From positions 570,001 to 602,000 of the forward strand of contig NC_005072.1 of NCBI RefSeq assembly GCF_000011465.1: a stretch of 32,000 nucleotides of DNA, written 5' to 3'. Source of the DNA: Prochlorococcus marinus subsp. pastoris str. CCMP1986. GTDB taxonomy: Bacteria; Cyanobacteriota; Cyanobacteriia; PCC-6307; Cyanobiaceae. The notes beneath the pieces are model-generated. The model saw only the letters and a program-made list of their open reading frames with translations. It was not told where the DNA came from and did no database searches. Below are positions 29,526 to 32,000 of this stretch, piece by piece (the stretch's first letter is position 1; every line of letters begins with the position of its first letter). The translations under genes were made by a program, and so were the position numbers.

Positions 29526-30181
29526 TTAAAATCGAAATATTCTTTGTTTTTAGATGGTTTCCATGGATCAAATTTATGCATTAATTTTTTAAATTGTTGA
29601 TGTTTTTCGAAATATCCTAACCAATTTTTTATAGGATCATCAAAATAATTTGTTTTTTTTTGGCTTTCGCAAGCAATTTTAAATTGCCTTACAAATGGCC
29701 AAATACACCAATCTGCAATCGAAGGTTTATCTCCAATTATCCATCTATTGTTTGTAAGGATTTTATTCCATTTTTTTATGAATTTAGTAGCTTCTAAATA
29801 ATGGTAATCTTCTTCGCTAGCATTAAATCTTGCGGAATATTTAAAACGATCTAAATGATATTTAAAACTATGATCATTTTCAGAAATAATTTCTAAAATT
29901 TCTTTTTCTTTATTTTTGGGATTATAAAATTTCTTTATATTCTCCTTTTCTGACTCTGAAAGTGCCCATATTATGATGTCTAAGCTTTCCTCTATGACTT
30001 CATTATTTTTTTTTAATAAAATTGGAACAGTTTTTGTCCTTGATTTATTCATGAATTCGATGGGCTTATTTTTTAAATCAACTTCTCTTATTTCTACTTT
30101 GATTTCGCAAATTAATAATGCCCATCTAACTCGAATTGCATATGGACATCTACGAAATGAATATAAAATATCTGTTGTCAT
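29522..30181 (-). CDS. Glutathione S-transferase-like protein
   Basis: Thioredoxin-like N-terminus LYSFRRCPYAIRVRWALLICEIKVEIREVDLKNKP..FMNKSRTKTVPILLKKNNEVIEESLDIIIWAL; C-terminal helical region with SIADWCIWPFVRQF. Confidence 0.85.
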   Translation of the reverse strand: MTTDILYSFRRCPYAIRVRWALLICEIKVEIREVDLKNKPIEFMNKSRTKTVPILLKKNNEVIEESLDIIIWALSESEKENIKKFYNPKNKEKEILEIISENDHSFKYHLDRFKYSARFNASEEDYHYLEATKFIKKWNKILTNNRWIIGDKPSIADWCIWPFVRQFKIACESQKKTNYFDDPIKNWLGYFEKHQQFKKLMHKFDPWKPSKNKEYFDFN

Positions 30182-30255
30182 TTTGTAAAAAAATAAAAAT
30201 TTTTTGATTCTTTTAGTATTATCTACATAGGAATAATCTTAACTTTACATCGAAA

Positions 30256-30798
30256 ATGGCGGGATATGTTTACCTCATAAGAGTTGGAGATCTTTATCGT
30301 ATTGGTAAGGCAGATAATCTTGATAAGAAAATTAGAAAACTCAAGCCAGATGAATTACTTACTTCCATCATGACTAAAGAACCTGAAACACTTGAAGCAA
30401 GGTTATTGAGAAAATATAAATCCCAAAGAATTCCTGAAACGGGATATTTGAAGCTCACTAAAAGACAAATATCTGAATGTAAAAAACAATTTGACTTAAA
30501 AGGAAATTTACCGCATACACTTGATGCTGAGGTCTCCATAACTTTATTTGCATCTTTTTTATTATTTGGAACAAATTTTTTAATTCTTAATTACTTTAAT
30601 GTTGGATTTTTAAGAAATATTTCCTATTCATTCGGTTTTGCCTCGATACCTATGATAATTTTGTTTCTAACAGGTAGTTTTGGAGGATATTTCTCTGATG
30701 ATTTATCTCTATTTTCGTTATTAACAAATCGAATAAAAGGTTTATTTATAGCTATTGCGATGATAACAATGGCTTTTTTAATGTTCAGACTAAATTAA
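30256..30798 (+). CDS. GIY-YIG/T5orf172-like domain fused to a C-terminal predicted membrane region
   Basis: MAGYVYLIRVGDLYRIGKADNLDKKIRKLKPDELL...PETLEARLLRKYKS resembles a GIY-YIG core; roughly three hydrophobic segments follow (VSITLFASFLLFGTNFLILNYF, SFGFASIPMIILFLTGSFGGYF, GLFIAIAMITMAFLMF). Confidence 0.7.
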   Translation: MAGYVYLIRVGDLYRIGKADNLDKKIRKLKPDELLTSIMTKEPETLEARLLRKYKSQRIPETGYLKLTKRQISECKKQFDLKGNLPHTLDAEVSITLFASFLLFGTNFLILNYFNVGFLRNISYSFGFASIPMIILFLTGSFGGYFSDDLSLFSLLTNRIKGLFIAIAMITMAFLMFRLN

Positions 30799-31502
30799 AT
30801 TTCATAATTACAATTTAATGCTATTTCAAATGGAACTGACTGCATTGGTAATTTTAGTATTGTAGAACATATTTCAGCTATATCCCCTGGTTGAGTCATT
30901 TTTGACTTTTCTATGGATGATATTTTCTCAGCCATTTTTGTATTAACCCAACTAGGACAAATAGCAGTAACTCTAATATTTTCTTCCCAACCTTTGTTCT
31001 TCATCGTTTGACAAAGGCTCATTAAAGCAAATTTTGATGAGGAATATGCTGCTAAATCTCCCTTGGACCTTTTGCCGCTCATTGAAACTAAAACGATAAT
31101 TCTTCCATTATTTGATTGACTTAAGTGCTTCCAGGAAATTCTGCATAAATGCCATATGGCTAAAAAATTTATATTAAAAGTATTTAAAATCTCTTCTTCA
31201 TCCCCATCTTTATATAAAAAAGGAACTTTTGAAAGGACTCCAGAACAGTTTATTAAAGTATCAAAACCTCCAAATTTACTAACTGTATTTTCTACCCACT
31301 TTTTGGCGGAAAATTTATCTAATGCATCATATTTATTTAGGAGTATTTTTTCATTAGTCCAATTATTAGGATCAATAACGCTTCCTTTAACAGACTCTAA
31401 ATCTCTTAGCCCAATACTAATTCTATTTCCTGCTTTTAGTTCTTTATGTGCAATATTTAGTCCAATTCCGCTATTGGCACCACTTATCAAAATAGTTCTC
31501 AT
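30795..31502 (-). CDS. Short-chain dehydrogenase/reductase
   Basis: ISGANSGIGLNIA (Rossmann TGxxxGIG-like), DTLINCSGVLSKVPF, IIVLVSMSGKRSKGDLAAYSSSKFAL (Ser/Tyr-xxx-Lys catalytic residues). Confidence 0.9.
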   Translation of the reverse strand: MRTILISGANSGIGLNIAHKELKAGNRISIGLRDLESVKGSVIDPNNWTNEKILLNKYDALDKFSAKKWVENTVSKFGGFDTLINCSGVLSKVPFLYKDGDEEEILNTFNINFLAIWHLCRISWKHLSQSNNGRIIVLVSMSGKRSKGDLAAYSSSKFALMSLCQTMKNKGWEENIRVTAICPSWVNTKMAEKISSIEKSKMTQPGDIAEICSTILKLPMQSVPFEIALNCNYEI

Positions 31503-31514
31503 TTTAAATTTTAA

Positions 31515-32000
31515 TTATATATTTGGTAAAACTATCCTCAATAACATTCTTAGTTCTTTACCATGCATAATCATTAACCCTTTTTTTACACTCCAAGGGG
31601 CCCTTATAAACATTATGCACATTGCATACACGATTTCCCTTAAGGATAATGTATCAGTTAGAAATCCATACCATTGAGTTTTAGGTAATTTAAAGAAACT
31701 ACCAAAAAATTCTCTTAATAGTTTTTCATCGAATCTCATAAGTTTTTCCAAACCAAATTGGTAGATTGATTTCTTTCTTATTAATTCTTTAGGCCATAAA
31801 CTCTCCCAGCCTTTTCTGGCAATATGATAAGTACTTAATTTCTTATCATTCATTGCAGTTGATATAGCTTTTGCCACTAGTGGAGCTCTCCTTAAAACAT
31901 TACCAATTAGATATCCTGATGCTGGGTGAACCATTGAAGCTGCTCCACCGTACCCCAATACTTGTTGTTTAAAATCTGGGATAGGCATATTCATGGGTAA
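31515..32000 (-). CDS. crtL: Lycopene cyclase (CrtL family), partial; N-terminus beyond the right edge
   Basis: LGYGGAASMVHPASGYLIGNVLRRAPLVAKAI and FDEKLLREFFGSFFKLP are typical CrtL C-terminal motifs. The frame remains open to base 32000, so the listed ATG (31994) is not necessarily the start. From neighbourhood I infer the epsilon-type (crtL-e/crtL2) paralogue. Confidence 0.88.
   Translation of the reverse strand, partial: LPMNMPIPDFKQQVLGYGGAASMVHPASGYLIGNVLRRAPLVAKAISTAMNDKKLSTYHIARKGWESLWPKELIRKKSIYQFGLEKLMRFDEKLLREFFGSFFKLPKTQWYGFLTDTLSLREIVYAMCIMFIRAPWSVKKGLMIMHGKELRMLLRIVLPNI

Noticed and set aside
29973-30539. ORFs at 29973..30188 (+) and 30294..30539 (-)
   Set aside because: They are antisense shadows of the GST-like and GIY-YIG-like genes.
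31156-31677. Plus-strand ORF of 173 aa
   Set aside because: It is long, but antisense to both the SDR and the lycopene cyclase, each with clear catalytic or family motifs; no convincing protein family.
1-32000. Search for mobile elements, defense systems, toxin-antitoxin pairs, retrons, tRNA or rRNA
   Set aside because: I recognised no transposase, integrase, reverse transcriptase, restriction enzyme or tRNA-like cloverleaf. Intergenic gaps are mostly too short, and the gene order looks like conserved core genome. A tRNAscan-SE/Infernal and DefenseFinder run would be the decisive check.

Overview
This window is an AT-rich, densely packed cyanobacterial core-genome segment. From the Pcb light-harvesting protein, the gene content and the gene order it is most likely Prochlorococcus, probably a high-light clade. 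From left to right it carries: the C-terminal part of a DUF697/GTPase-like gene; a Mn-type (MntCAB-like) ABC transporter followed by a DUF4336 gene; DUF760; lepB; menD-menB; glgA; murF; glmU; an MnmC-like methyltransferase; aroA; comB; a nitrilase-family hydrolase; an AMIN/Amidase_3 amidase; murI; solanesyl/polyprenyl diphosphate synthase; acs; DUF1350; a DnaQ-like exonuclease; a small glycine-repeat/DUF3721-like protein; hisS; several small conserved proteins; pcbA followed by a strong terminator; a GltS-family symporter; a GST-like protein; a GIY-YIG-like/membrane fusion; an SDR; and the C-terminal half of a lycopene cyclase. I found no tRNA, rRNA, CRISPR array, mobile element, prophage or defense island, and I see no clear evidence of a novel multigene system. 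The points most worth a second look are: (1) a protein with 12 tandem x-phi-G-phi-phi pentads plus a His/Cys-rich C-terminus, (2) a GIY-YIG-like domain fused to predicted transmembrane helices, (3) comB having no in-frame ATG/GTG/TTG near its conserved N-terminus, (4) convergent gene pairs with nested or nearly touching stop codons, and (5) the DUF4336 gene in the apparent Mn-transporter operon.
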